Assembly: GCA_951406725.2 (NCBI GenBank) | Contig: OX597821.1 | Location: 51,336,001 to 51,400,000 of the forward strand | Source: Octopus vulgaris | Lineage: Eukaryota | Direction: 5' to 3' | Length of the DNA stretch: 64,000 nucleotides | In this document: piece by piece, positions 28,741 through 43,312 of the stretch | How positions within the stretch are numbered: position 1 is the stretch's first letter | How the letters are laid out: every line of letters begins with the position of its first letter | Program-made: the position numbers and the translations under genes | Notes under the pieces: generated by a model | Seen by the model: only the letters and a program-made list of their open reading frames with translations | Told to the model about the DNA's origin: nothing | Database searches by the model: none

Positions 28741-29356
28741 ATCTTCATTATTTTGCTATAGTGGCATCTTGTCAATTAGTGAAAATACGTGCGTAAATGA
28801 TTTCGACATTCTCATTACATGTCAAATATATCCTTCATGGGGGTATAGCAAACTGATATTTTTAACATCAATTTGTTTAATTTTAGCACAGAAAAGCTAC
28901 AATGTGGAGTATATCTAGAGCAGCAAACATACAACTGGCCTTCATTAACAACTAAAATTCATTGGAATATGACTTTCTCTAAATTTTGAATTATAAATCA
29001 ACTTTACTTGTTTTGTTTTTCTCTAATAGTTTCCTTTCAATCAAATTATAATTTCTTGACCTCCGAGATATTACAGTTCTTCTTCCGCTGATATCCCCTA
29101 CGCCGCCATTTCTATCTACTGTTGCAAAGCACATATACAGACATGACAGCTGTAAATTCGTTCACTCATAATAATAACTCAATCTAGTAAAAAGGTCGTA
29201 TATACTAAAATATATGGCCATCTTTAGATTATATTAAAATATCACATTTATTTTTAAACAGTACATATTACGTCAGATATGTACTCCGTTATGTATCACT
29301 TAAAATTGGTTTCCACCCTTTACCCAGTCCATGAAATATATATGATTTCGCACACT

Positions 29357-29411
<55 letters not shown>

Positions 29412-29433
29412 GCATAGACGTTCATTCACACAC

Positions 29434-29488
<55 letters not shown>

Positions 29489-29498
29489 TATATATATA

Positions 29499-29682
29499 GA
29501 TGAGTGTATTTTACCTTGTTAACAATTAACACGGATAAAAGAATGAATAGTTACCAGGGCAGCAAAAATCTCACAAGTAAAGATGTTGTAACTCCTTGTT
29601 TATAAAGGTTGAAACTTCGTATTTACGTTGAATATTTGAATAATATGAATAAAAAATGGAGTTAACGCAGGTTTAAACAAGT
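29499..29682. mobile_element. Small non-coding insert within a (TA)n tract, with weak inverted ends
   Basis: Bounded by TA runs; cttgttaacaattaac versus gttaacgcaggtttaaacaag. Confidence 0.5.
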
Positions 29683-30590
29683 ATATATATATATATGGGA
29701 ACATGCACGTATGCATGTGTGTGTATATATGTCTCTATACATGTTTTCCTATGTATAAATCAGTATTACAATCCGTATTTGAATGCATTTTTATTTGTAA
29801 GAGAAATACATGTGTACACACACACACACGCATATATATATATATATATATATATACATACTCCTCAGTTTTTGACAACGAAAAATCTAAGTCTTTGTTT
29901 AACTGAATTAATATCCGATGATACCCTTAGCGTAATTATCGGGCAGAATCAACAGCAGTTGCTTTTGGCTGGCCTTTCCACTAACCATTTCAGACCATCC
30001 AATGAATTTTCTCAACTCTATGCGTCTAACAAACTGCATTTACAAGATATGGTTTGCCCTCGTTTGGTGTTAAAGATAGTCTCTGAAGATGGATGCTAGG
30101 CAAATCGCATGGAATCAATGATCCCATGAATACAACATGAAATGCTTCTAAGATCATAGAAAAAAACATAAAAACAAAAATGCCTATACCCGTAGACGTG
30201 TCCATAACGTACACATCATGTAATAGAATTTGACATTGAAAATATAAAAAAAACTTCATCGAACCATTCACTAATCGGTCTATCAATTGCACATAAAAAG
30301 ACTTCCTCGTCTAGTTAGATATAGCAGACTTAACAACTCGAAACGGATGTAAAGCATACTGGTGTATATAATTCAATATGCCGTTCATCTGTTTGTGTGA
30401 GATAAAATTTGTGTGGAAAAATAACAACAAGACGGTTAGAGAATGAACGTTTCTGATCATGGATTGGTTTTGGAATAACTTGTGACAAAATAACAAGTAA
30501 GCTCCTATTTCCCTCTTTGAATATCTAGTCCTTTACTATTCCCTTCCTTCTCTCCCTTTCTGGCTTTTCCCTCACTTTGAGCTCTGTGTG

Positions 30591-30634
<44 letters not shown>

Positions 30635-31109
30635 ATTTCACAGCTGCATAACAGCCAACACTGCTTCTGTGGTTGTTGATATGTGAAGTCTGTTTCATCA
30701 CTGTTCAGTCAATGGAACTTAAGCCAATAAACACGATCTCTCTGTGAAATCTCAGTTCATATGCTCTTAAAACTACATGCATCAATAAGACATCATCTCA
30801 GTCCATTACACGCTGGTGCGTAGTTAGATAATTATCATTTAAATTCATATTTGCGTAGTTAACTTCAACTACGTGAAAATTCACGCTTTTACATACATAT
30901 GTGCATAAACATAGACGTATGCTAACACACACACACATGAGTGCACAAACACAAAGATATATGCATATACATAGATAACTGCATATACACACGCATGTAT
31001 ACATATACCAACAAGGTCTTAACATCTGTCTATAATATACAGTGATGGCTGATATCAATTTTGAAAACAAGACATTATTAATGTGCCTGTATATGCATGT
31101 GTATGTATA

Positions 31110-31157
<48 letters not shown>

Positions 31158-31371
31158 TGTATGCACATCTACACACACATAATATTCATATATTTCTGTG
31201 TGCGTGAGTAATATTAATAAAAAATGATGGTGCAATTAATCTTCCCTTCTTAATATTTTTGGCATCAACAGAACGGATATTTACGAATGTCCACATGTAT
31301 ATTCTATGACGGGATAGGTCCTGCTGCATGATAGCATTCAGTAGCCAATGCCTGTAAAAGGACTTTCGAAA

Positions 31372-31498
31372 TATGTACATATATATATGTATATGAGTGT
31401 GTGTGTATGAGTATATGTATGTTTACACATATATATATGGATATATATGTATATATATATGCATATATATATGTATATATATATCTTATGTACGTATT

Positions 31499-31565
<67 letters not shown>

Positions 31566-31752
31566 ATATGTGTATATATGTATATATATATATATGTATA
31601 TGTTTATATATATATATATATATATATATATGCATGCATGTATATATACATCTATGTATATATTTATATGTATATATTTATATGTATATACGTACTTATC
31701 GATGTTTATATATGTGTGTGTGTATATACATATTTATATATGTAAATATATA
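31372..31752. repeat. Degenerate (TA)n/(TG)n microsatellite
   Basis: Direct reading. Confidence 0.93.
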
Positions 31753-31968
31753 GGTGCAGGAGTGGCTATGTGGTAAGTAGCATGCTTACCAACCACATGG
31801 TTCTGGGTTCAGTCCCACTGCATGGCACCTTGGGCAAGTGTCTTCTAATATAGCATCGGGCTGACCAAAGCCTTGTGAGTGGATTTGGTAGACCGAAAGT
31901 GAAAGAAGCTCGCCGTATATATGTATATGTATATATGTGTTTGTGTGTCTGTGTTTGTCTCCCCAACG

Positions 31969-31971
<3 letters not shown>
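31753..31971 (+). mobile_element. SINE family B, 5' half ending at (TA)n
   Basis: Close match to the first half of the copy at 25559. Confidence 0.9.
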
Positions 31972-32003
<32 letters not shown>

Positions 32004-32590
32004 ATAGATATATATATATATATACAAGAATAGGCTGTCAGCGTTTTGTTTGAAAGTGAAACCTGTTCAGTATTATAAACTATATCTATGAATTTCAGCT
32101 CGTAATATATGTAAGCACGTTACATGTGTGCGTGCGTATTTCTGTATTTAGCGTGCTTCTATGTTAGAGCATGTGTACGTACGTGACGGCTCCTGTAATT
32201 AAATGTCGCTGCATGTATGTTACGTATATGCATGTGAGTTTTGATACAGAATTCTGAATTCATTTACGACACACGTACCGAAATGCTAGCGAGCAATGGG
32301 CTGCGAAGACATTTCAATGGACGTGTAAACTGAGATTTCGCAGGCAATATTTATTGGTTTAAGTTCCGCTTGCTAAACAGTGATGGAACAATCTTCACAC
32401 TTCAATGACCACTGAATTAGTGTTGGTTGTGAAGCAACTGAAAAGAGAGAGATGAAGAGATTTAAACAGAGTAGATAGAGAAAACGGAAAGATGAGAGAA
32501 ATGTTAGCTGTAGACACACATAGGCGGATAAGAGTATAGTTGTTTTCATTTTATGCCAGTTTAAACAGACCTATTTTGAAAGAAGTTCCT

Positions 32591-32909
32591 TCCTCTTTAC
32601 TTCTTTCGCTCTTTTCAAGCCTTGCCAGGCTCATGGGTCCGGTTTCCCGGTTTCTGTGGCATATGTGTTCCTCCCAGCTGGACGGGACGCCAGTCCATTA
32701 AAGCGTTACTTAAGAAGCAGGAAGAGAGAGTGAGAGAAAGTAGTGGCGAAAGAGTAGAACAGCGGTCACCACCACACCCTGCCGAAGCCTCGTAGAGCTC
32801 TTAGGTGTTTTCGTTCAATAAACACTCACAACGCCCGGTCTGGGAATCGAAACCGCGATCCTCCGACCGCGAGTCCGCTGCCCTAACCACTGGACCATTG
32901 CACCTCCAC
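32591..32909 (-). mobile_element. SINE family C, full length, with 13-bp TSD
   Basis: tRNA-like head gtggaggtgcaatggtccagtggttagggcagcggactcgcgg..ggtttcgattccc; V-domain-like atggactggcgtcccgtccag; flanking direct repeat gaaagaagttcct at 32578-32590 and 32910-32922. Confidence 0.9.
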
Positions 32910-34298
32910 GAAAGAAGTTCCTGCTTTGAATAAATTTCTGTCTTGTCTTTTTTGCTGTTATATTTTATCCCATAACACATGATCCAGTGCGTGTAAAGTT
33001 TTTCTAAGAGACGAATATTTATTTGATAGACATTTGGCTGCTATTTCTAGGATTTTGATTAACGTACTTGGCGGGATAATGACAAATTTATTGCAGATTA
33101 TGTATATGGTTCTGTGTACTCAATTTGCCCTTAAATTCGCGCTCAAACATACACTGTGTATCTATGAATAAAGCTATAAGCATATGAATGTTGTTTATGT
33201 ATGTATGCATGTCTATGTTTGTGTGTATGAATTTTAATAATTCACTTCGTAATCACGATTTATAAAGAGTTGTGTTCAGTCTTCAGAAGTGTCTTTTACC
33301 AATGGTTCGGATCTCGAGTCAGGCTTGTCAAATCCGCCCTTTGCAAACTTTGCAGAGACCAGACAGATTGATTGTCCCTGTAAGCCATTGTTGAAATGTT
33401 GATACTTTCTCATCGTTTGAACGTGTATTTGCAACACAGAGCAAGATACAAAGTACACAAAATGAAATTAGGCAGATAGAGATTAGCTGACAGCATTACT
33501 ATTATTTAAAGAATTCCGTAAAAATGAGAAAAATAACTATGAATGCTTTACTACTAGAAAACAAAAACTAAAATGAATACGAAGTTCTAGCACATGCAAC
33601 ATAATTCATTACATATACCATGACTACTTTTTGGATACTTTTAAATCTGTATCCAACACTTACGAACATTTACCCGATTTAATGCAAAGTGTTCAAACAG
33701 CACAAAATACTATTATCATTCATTCTGATGATGTGACTGAGAAGGTCTTAACAAACAATGAAGCAATGAAATTAGTAACGCTATTTTTCTAAAGTAAACA
33801 TATAGGAGTAACAAGCATATTAGGTTGAGTCAAAATCAAAATGTATTTACAAGAATAAAAAGCATATGTGTATCAAAATACATCCCATCATATTCTATTA
33901 CCTGTTACTATCTTTGTGCCAGAAGCTCAAATCCGCGATTATACCATTTGACTGGCTTAGAGACAACAAAACTCTCAGCACCTGTTCACAACTTCATTCA
34001 AATTGTTGAACCTCCGTCCGTGCAGGAATCGATCCATGGTTCGGAAAATGTCGTAATCTGATGTTTAAAACTACTCCTCAAGTTTCTCAAGTTATCACTT
34101 AGTCTTCTTGACATTGTATGGTTAGGCATTGTGATATTGTAGGAGTGTAGCATCCACATCGAAATTCCACCAAATCTACAATTTGACAGAAAAGAAGTAC
34201 TGATTACGCTTATTAGGGTTAGGAAAGTAGATGTATTTTTCTTATCCAGTTACAATCAGATGCCAAAAATATAAACCTCGAAGATTTACAAGCAGTAG

Positions 34299-34300
<2 letters not shown>

Positions 34301-34376
<76 letters not shown>

Positions 34377-34404
34377 ACACACACTCATATATATGTATAT
34401 GCAT

Positions 34405-34463
<59 letters not shown>

Positions 34464-34530
34464 TATATATACACACATATATATACATCTACATATATAT
34501 ACATGTGTGTGTGAGTGTTTGTGTCTGTGT
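34301..34530. repeat. (CA)n/(TA)n compound microsatellite
   Basis: Direct reading. Confidence 0.95.
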
Positions 34531-34651
34531 GTGTTACTACGTTCTTTATCTGAACACGTGCGCGCATTCACACAGTCACACACACGCTAACACACACATG
34601 TATATACATGTATGTCTGTAGAATCATATATATAATATAAAATAATGCATA

Positions 34652-34708
<57 letters not shown>

Positions 34709-37700
34709 ATTCGCATATACACACACATACACATACGCACGCATGCACATACCTGTATATATGCAAATGCGTGTGGCCCTGCAGTTAGAGCGTTTGCACT
34801 CACAACTGCAAAGATAAAATTTCAATTATCAGACAATGTCGTGCATTGTGTTAGGCAAAACATCTCATTTTGACGTTACTCTGCAATCCCTCAGCATATG
34901 ATGTGTAGCACACCGAGCATCTACGTAGGCAATGTCTATTTAATGGAAGGGGTGAACTAATTTACAACACAAATATGATCACTCTAAACAAACCATCTCC
35001 GGAGGTTGTTCAACAAGAAATTGCAGAAACGTCTTCCCTTGTCTAGAAAGGGAAATTCCACCACATGTGCACACACACACACACACATATAGACTCAAAT
35101 ACACGTATACTAAGACATTATCATAGAGACCCTTTCCATAACTTTCAGGAAATATTTATTACATCATTGAATAAACTGTAGGTTCTAAATATCCATTGTT
35201 TTGCCAGTGAGCGTTTGTTTATTATGGGCTTTAAAATACATGCAGAAACAATTTTGTGTTCCAATATTTTGACATAAATTATAACTTCCGATGAGACATT
35301 GTTGACGTTTATGTTAGCAGGTGCAATAATACTATATCCGGTCTTAGTTTGAGCAATACTTTCCAACTGCAATACGAAGTGAGAAACCGAGAGCAGGAAG
35401 TTCCATACAGTTTATTTATGTGTTTGAAATGCCATTCTGTAAAGTGTTTGGTTTAATCTAAGAAACAGTGACAACTGACAAACAGTTCAGGAAATGATAC
35501 TCTAAATATATTACCAAAAGAAAAATGCGCGCAGAGAACACGACTCACACACGCGTGCAGGCATTGATATACACGTACACACACACGCACACACATACAC
35601 TCACTTGCACATGCACGCACACACAAACCACACATTTTTGTTGATTAATCCGATTCCATAATGAAATATACCTATAAACATAAGCATTCAAATCGTGACC
35701 CCCCCATCTATTTAGACGCATATTATATATAACATTACATTATCTAATGTAAAATATCTTTTATTTTATCCATTAAGAGTAGCTATAAGTAAAATTTGGT
35801 TTTACAAATTTATAGGATTTCAAACATCAATCACTGAAAGTTTCCAATAATTTCTTTCAGTTATCAATGAATCTCTTTGTATTGGTAAAATATGTTTTAT
35901 TGCGAGCCCTGTGCAAATATTTGAAGTTTGCTATTACATGAACAATAATGAAGAAGTTGCTCTGGACCGCTTTATTTGAAATTAAGTTTAGTCGTAATCA
36001 TTTAACATAATAATTTCCTCGACAGTTAATTGCCCTATTTCTATGTTTAAAATTTTTTATCCAAACATTTATTGCAACATCAAATGATGTTTGCTGGAGA
36101 ATATGTCACAATATTTGTTAAAAAATATTTGTGTTTTGTAATTATCCTTATTTCAAGCAGTTTTCTTTATGACAGCTGCAATGGATTTTAAAACATGCAA
36201 CAACAATGTTCTATACGTTTATTCCAACGAAATTTATTTAAGATATTTCTACTTTTGTTGACAATTGCCAGAGCAAATTACATGAAAATATAGCCTATTT
36301 TTACGTAAATATATTCTTCTTGTTCGGTCGATCCTTTGTTATTATTAAACGAAATATGTCTTCTGGCTATCAGATGATAGATAGTTGAACAATTGAAAAT
36401 TGTGTTACTACAATTCTCATACACGTGGGGAATAAAGGAATGCAAATATAGTTTACCAATGTCAAGGATCATGCATAAAACATGACAAAAAACTCGAAGT
36501 TTACATGAAACGAGAAGTTAGTGTTTTAATCGACAGCATTTTTTTATTTGGACTAAGAAGAGACAACAAAGTGATTGGGAACATAATGTGGAATCTATTT
36601 TCTATAACTACATTTCCAAAGAAAGGCTAAGGCATAAAATCACTCACTGATACAGACTTGCCTTAGTCCAACTCTCTGTCGTTCTTCCTCCCTTTCGCTT
36701 TCTTTATCTACCTTTTCTATCATTCTACAAAGGGCTCTGTTTCTCAGAGCTGGATCTTCTCGTGTTGCCTCCACTCAGGATGACAGAAAAATATCTTAAA
36801 TATCTCTGTCTTCTTTAATAAATAAAAACTGAACAGATGTAAACATTTTCATATAACAATGTACTTTATTTGAATTGTGAAAGACATCTTAATATGAAAA
36901 GAATTTCCTGCACATATTTTAGATTTTTTACCGGTCATTCCTGACATAGTTATAACTTGCGGAGGGGGAGCGCTAAGCAGTGATGTGTATAAATACAATG
37001 TTACTACCAATTTGAATATGCTAGTTATTATTATCGTACTAGTTAGTACTAATATTTACACCAGATCATCTCTGCACAAAGGAGTTGTGATCAAAGACAT
37101 TGTTATCACAACCTCACTATATTGTATTTCAATGTATATTTATTTAAGATATGAATGTCTCTGGGGTCAAAGCAGCTCGTACAGGGATACTTCTACTCAA
37201 GAGTAACACTAAGACAGTCCTTATAGTGAACGAGTAAAAGAAACAGACTGGGGACTCACTACATACCGTTAATTTGTTTATCATTGCCTATGAAATTCTT
37301 AGCAAGTATGTTTGTGAATAAGATCTTTCAGAGGAATGAATCCTACTCCCTAATGACTAGAAGTGATGTAATAGCAAGAGGAACTGGTAAGATGGATCAA
37401 TTACAAAATAGTATATCATACGATCCATCATTCTTGGATTTTGAACACACTCAAAATGTTTAGTATCGCAAAATCATCCCTGAGCGGATACATGTTACGA
37501 TGGGAAATTAGAAGGAAATAATCGCAGCACGAACCCCAATTATATAAGAGAAAAATAAGTTGTGGTAGTGTTTCCATGTTAATAGCCTGTCGCTCTTTCT
37601 GTTTTTCCATTGCTTTTATACTGTCCCTTGAACAGAGACAGGTAAGCGCTAGGTATAGTATAGGCATAGACTAGAAGGTAGTTACCCATTTGCTATTCAT

Positions 37701-39994
37701 GGAGAACCTAAATATATGGCAGGACAGAAAGGGGATTGGATACCCTAGCCACAACTTTGGGCGTGCTTAGCAGTGATATCTCTGTTAAACTCCCTCAATT
37801 AGAATAACAAGTACATATCATGAGATAACTTGTTTTCCAAATGGTGAGCGCCGATTGAATGATGTTATCTGCTCTAAGATGCCTACTCCTATATTGGCTG
37901 AGACCACCACCTTTTTGGAGATAGGTGGCATATAGTTGAAGACGACACTGTTTTTCCTCACTAGTCACTGAGTTACAGAACATCTAAGAATGTAATTAAT
38001 CAAATGTGTAAATGTGCGTCAGACATAATTACCATTAATCAGAACAAAGTTAAATTGTTGTCAACGTGTAATTATAAAAATAAATCGACTCTTCCCCTCC
38101 CCCTCCCTTCCATTCTTCCTCCTCCTTCTTCTTCCTCATCATCATCATCGTTGTCATTGTCATCACCATCATCATGCACGATTATTTGATTTCATTTGTG
38201 CTTCACAATTAGGTTCATCGTTCGACAGTGGAAACAGGCAGAAATCAGCGTCAGTGTGTATGTGATACCTCCATTATTTACAAACACTGTTCATATACAA
38301 CGCTAAATGCCATGATAATTGACACAAGCGGTAAATGAATTGAAAGGCACATGGCATCGATCACCATTCCTATTAACACGGACAGAAAGTTAGGCTATCT
38401 ATGAAGCAAGACATGTGTGTATGTTTTAGCGCAGAAGTGTCATTTGATAATTATATATGTACTTCCAAAAGTTAAGAAGCTTTCTCAGTATTGTTTGTGA
38501 TCAAATTTGCCTAAGATTTGCATTGGAAATTTTAATGAAAACTTCATCAGGAGCTCTCAGTAGATTTTTAACTTTCTGAAAGCTTTGAAAATATTGATAA
38601 TGAAAATGGAAATCTATGTTGTTATATAAATCACTCAGAGGAGAAACATATATATTAATAAATGGCTAGGAACAACCATCTGTCATTTGAAATATGTGAG
38701 AGCCGTAAGGGGGATAGAGGTGAATCGCTTTATATATTTAATGGAGACATGCTGTATTAGAAGTTCGTAGAGGTTCGATGTTTAACCACGCCTTTCCTTA
38801 TTCAATCATACGCCGTGGCACCTCAGCAATTTGTCATAACGTTGCCCCAGATTTACTAACAACTTGTGAATGTATATTAAAAACAGCGAGAAAAACCACC
38901 TGAAAATCACCGATACCCGGTTTTTACATTACAATTTGGTTTCTCAGTGCTTTTACTGGAGTAAATTCTGCTGCAATATAATCTTTTTTCTGCCTTTAGT
39001 CCCGTTTTTTCCCTCACAAAAATGTCATGGATGTATTTTATCCTTTCACTACAAGAAGGATTTTCTAAAGAAAAAATGGAATATTAATATATCAGATATC
39101 ATCTTTTAAGAGAATGCTTGCCAAAGAATGTTGAATAATAACTGCAATAAATGAATAAGTCACATGTTATTCCGCATAAATAAATTCATGTACAGTATAT
39201 GAAAAAGGTTTTAGCATTATATTTACACCTATCAATACATAGTGTGTATGTGCGAGGTGCTAACAACTGTGTATACATACAGTTGTTACAGGGTATTTAC
39301 ATCTGTCTATATATACTTGAATGTTAGTACAGTGGAATTAAATATTCAGTGTAACAAATATACAGTGTAATTATATATTCAGAGTTGGTCTATTCCATAA
39401 GGTTGATAAAGTCCACACCTGTATACAGTGTTGGTACAAAGTGTTGGCATCTGTTTTTTCAGAGTGATGAATGTAAACACATCCACGATTTAGTATAAAA
39501 ACGAAGAATGTGACTTCTTTTAACTTTCCAATACAGTAAAACGTATTATCTTCGCTGGGTTTTTTCCCCAGTAGGAAAATCTACTTACATCTGCGAATGT
39601 TATTGACCTTCAAGTTATCATCTGAATGTAACATTTGCAAGATTAGTTCATTCATAACGAAACAGTACATTATCTTTCTTTTCTTATATAATGTCTATCA
39701 AAATATACAGACTACATCGCATGGTATATAAATGATATAGTAAGAACTCTGTCCTTGAAATATCTCGAATGAATTACAGCAAACATTATTGTTGATATAT
39801 ATTCTTCAATTGCACTGAACATTGCAGATATAGTTTATATATGAAAGAAGTAATCAATACAACTTTTAGAAATATAGTTCGAATGCTAGAAATAAATTTT
39901 TCATCTCAAAAGTTAGCAAAACAAATTTGGATTTTTAAAAAAATTACAGTGAATGGTTATAGAGGTCAAGTAAAGTAAAACATGTTATTTTGAA

Positions 39995-40036
39995 CTCAAA
40001 GGTGTTCATGTTGGAAAAAATGTTTAAGAACCACTG
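39995..40036 (-). mobile_element. Possible hAT-type terminal sequence (CAGTGGTTCTTAAAC)
   Basis: gtttaagaaccactg is the reverse complement of a CAGTGGTTC-type TIR; partner end not found. Confidence 0.35.
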
Positions 40037-40319
40037 TAAACTTCAGACTGTAATGCTAGGGAATTCTGATAGTTATTTATATCAAGTTAGCTACGCTAAA
40101 CTCTTTTGTTGCTTTGGTCGAAGATAAAAGAGATGCATCCAAAACAGTGGCAGAAATATGATTAAGTAGTAATCCACATTGTTTTGCTATATCAATACAT
40201 TAAAAATCCAAAGAGATATGACAACAAGCATTCGTTGAGTTGCTCACTTCTAAAACATGTAGCTCCAGGCTTGATAATACAATGGGAAAACTTGTATAAA
40301 TGCTGAGTAAAAGCATGCC

Positions 40320-40468
<149 letters not shown>

Positions 40469-40761
40469 AGTTTATCAGTCTATTGTTCGATCGATTGGTC
40501 GTTTAGAATTCCAGTATGGTCGAAAAGTTAACAAATTCTTTACGAAGCTATGATGGTCTGGGTTTGATCCTACAGTGTGGCACATTTAGCAAATATTGGT
40601 TTCTATATCTTTGGGTTGACCTATAGCCTGTGATAGAAACAGAGTAGACGGAAAATGCAAAGACGCTCTGAATTGGGTTGCACCTGCAGTTTAAAATAGT
40701 ACAAATATGTCACACAATACGATATATTGGTTCTAGTTGAATATTAGGTGAAAAGAGGAAG

Positions 40762-40812
<51 letters not shown>

Positions 40813-40819
<7 letters not shown>

Positions 40820-41400
40820 AAAAAGATGGGAAAAACTACAGAAGGCTTGTGTTATATGGTCAAAGAATGTATTTAAGCCGTTATGTCAGAAAAATGTTAT
40901 AAAATGTTGTGTATAGTAACATAGTTTTCGGAGAAATAGCCGGTTTCGTATTTTCTTTTCAAAATTCTTTACCTACATCGTGTCATGTCTTCGCTATGTT
41001 GAAAAATATGGAGTTCCAGGCAGGAGAAGGTAATCAGAGATTCCTCTGGGTATAAGGGAGATAATCAAATATGTTGGGAATGTCTAATTAAACAGGATTT
41101 GGTTTAGAAGGAATAGAAGGAATAGAATGTTACAAGTGGTTAGGTTTTGTTTTAAATTTTTTTCAATAAGGTGAGTTTCCTTATTTAAAAATGTTAGAAG
41201 TGGTTAAGTTTTGGCTTATATTTTTCAATGAAGAAGGTTTCCTTATTTAATCTAACTTGTGTTGGTGTTCGAATGGCACATTGATAGAATGGAAAGATTA
41301 TAAATTGTGGTAGTAGTTGCTTTGCGCATTTCTCAATATGTTCACTAAAGGGTATCATTCTGAGAAAGCAATCTGCTGTCGATGCAGAGTGCATCTGAGT
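40813..41400 (-). mobile_element. 5'-truncated Penelope-like element: GIY-YIG C-terminus plus 3' non-coding region with HHR-like motif, ending at (TA)n
   Basis: ORF 41194-41394 IPFSEHIEKCAK..FIIFPFYQC..RLNKETFFIEKYKPKLN resembles the PLE endonuclease end; HHR-like motif lies downstream at 40932-40968. Confidence 0.8.
40932..40968 (-). ncRNA. Minimal hammerhead, U3-A8 variant, cleavage triplet mutated
   Basis: agaauu UUGAAAA g-aaaaua-c GAAAC CG GCU auuucu (helix I 5 of 6 pairs). Confidence 0.5.
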
Positions 41401-42574
41401 CTGAGCGATAACGCCGTGGACCTAATGTAGTTTTGGTGACAGCACACATACACACACACTCACTCTCCCCCCTCTCTCTCTCAAACACACATACAGGCAG
41501 TGTGCCAGTGATGGATAGTTTCATGCATTATAGAAAGTACTTTTTCAACAGGCACAAAGAGTGATAGAGATTAGGACAAAGGATTTACAAAGCTCCCTTC
41601 ACCACACGGCCGCGTGTTTACCCCAACATTATATCATTTATTTCCTTTTGTGTTTTCTTCGAAGAATGTCCAGATATTGTCTTCTCAAAATTACTGATAA
41701 AAACTCAATTATTGCTTCATATTTCTCTACAATTTCTCACTGTGCGCTATTAATTGACATATCAAAGATTCACTGCGTTTAATCTAATATTTGTGATTAA
41801 ATTAGATTTTAAACAATTACTTTGTGTCAAACTGTGCTAATGGATATTAATATATTCTACATAATAGCAACTTCCATAGCAGACGAAGAACTATTCTGAA
41901 TATTTATCGATTTATTTATTACAAAAAATAAGAAAAATTGTTTACACTTTTACTAGTTGAGGTCATTGTTCTGTGGCCATAATCAGCATTACATTCTCAG
42001 ATTTTTGTTAGTGACCCCAGTACATCTTCAACTCTGAGTGATTTTTCATTGTGTAATAGTTTACCGAGTCGCTCATTTAAAATTTGAACTTGATATCAGT
42101 CTTATTAAATCTGGTGGTTGTGTTTGAAATATACAACATATGAGAATAACTACACCCCACACACTTGCATACATGTAGACATATTTACGTATACGTTATT
42201 TATATTATACAACAGTAATACATTGGAATGCGTGTGAAAATATACATACGTACACACACACATACACACACACACACTCACACACATTATATATAGTTAA
42301 TTTGAGAAAGTCATATCCTCATAAGGGATTATATAATCCAAAATATTTCACTGGTTTAATCCCTATCATATAATGCGAAAGTCATTGGTATATATTCGGG
42401 ATATTTGAAATGGGTGGGGAACCAGAAGAAAATGGAGAAGAAATGGATGTAATTAATAATTTATTTGTACGTCGCAAAAAGATGACAGTTATTATTTTAA
42501 ATATCTATCATTAATTTACTAAAGTGAACATTCTATCTGAAAATTAGATAACTCTTAGAACCTGAATTTATATT

Positions 42575-43312
42575 CATAAACATTATCCGCTATTCTTTTG
42601 CTGTTTCTTCTCACTATAGTCAACTAGCGTATACTTCATAACTGTTTTAGTTATTTTTGTATCTATATATCCAAACCGGTGTTTATTCTAAATTGTTCAA
42701 ATGTATCTCAGTAACCTATCGGCCTAAATTCTCAAATATAAATATTTCAAGTATATTATAGTATATTTCTCTGTCTGTTGCATTTTCACTCTCGCTATTC
42801 TTGCATTTTGCTATCGCTTTAATTTTTATTTTTAATCTTCATTAACCGTTTAATAACGCTATAAATACGAATATCACAGTTAACAGATCTCAATATAAAT
42901 GTATATCGAACGGAGGCAAACAAAATAAAAATACCATAATACAACCTAAAAAATAGAACCAATACCAATACTTATACTAACAATAACAGAACATAACAAA
43001 CATACACATCACACACACTAAGAATAGTAAACAGATACCTAGTTATGACAATAATCATAAAACTTATCCGCTAATCTTTTACTAGTTTTCCTCACTAGAG
43101 TCAACTTGCGTATATTTAACTGTTTTACTTATTTTTGTATTTATATATTCTAACCGGTGCTCAGACTAAATATTTCTGATGTATCTCAGTAAGCTATCGG
43201 CCTAAATTCTCAAATATAAATACATTAAGTATATTATCGTATATTTCTTTTTCTATTTCTTTATGACTCTCGCTATTACTGCATTTTAATTCCACTTTTA
43301 TTTTTTATTTAC
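42575..43312. repeat. Diverged direct repeat, ~255-bp unit twice (42575-42832 and 43056-43312)
   Basis: Shared blocks ttatccgcta, agtcaact.gcgtata, aaccggtg, tgtatctcagtaa.ctatcggcctaaattctcaaatataaata, actctcgctatt. Confidence 0.85.

Noticed and set aside
29577-29626. HHR-like topology guaaa..GAAAC UUC GUA uuuac
   Set aside because: Helices I and III fit, but the core segment gauguugua does not match NUGANNA in length or sequence; revisit only if a family consensus restores it
29860-30500. Complex-sequence block with ORFs 30026-30292 and 30311-30496
   Set aside because: No recognisable motif; may be an old transposon remnant but cannot be assigned
30595-30720. (CT)n plus tttcatttcacag as a splice acceptor for a host exon
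   Set aside because: No convincing donor or coding signal downstream; cannot be supported without RNA data
37795-37983. ORF with QKGGGL resembling an L1/Tx1 GGLG motif
   Set aside because: A single weak motif with no supporting flanking motifs
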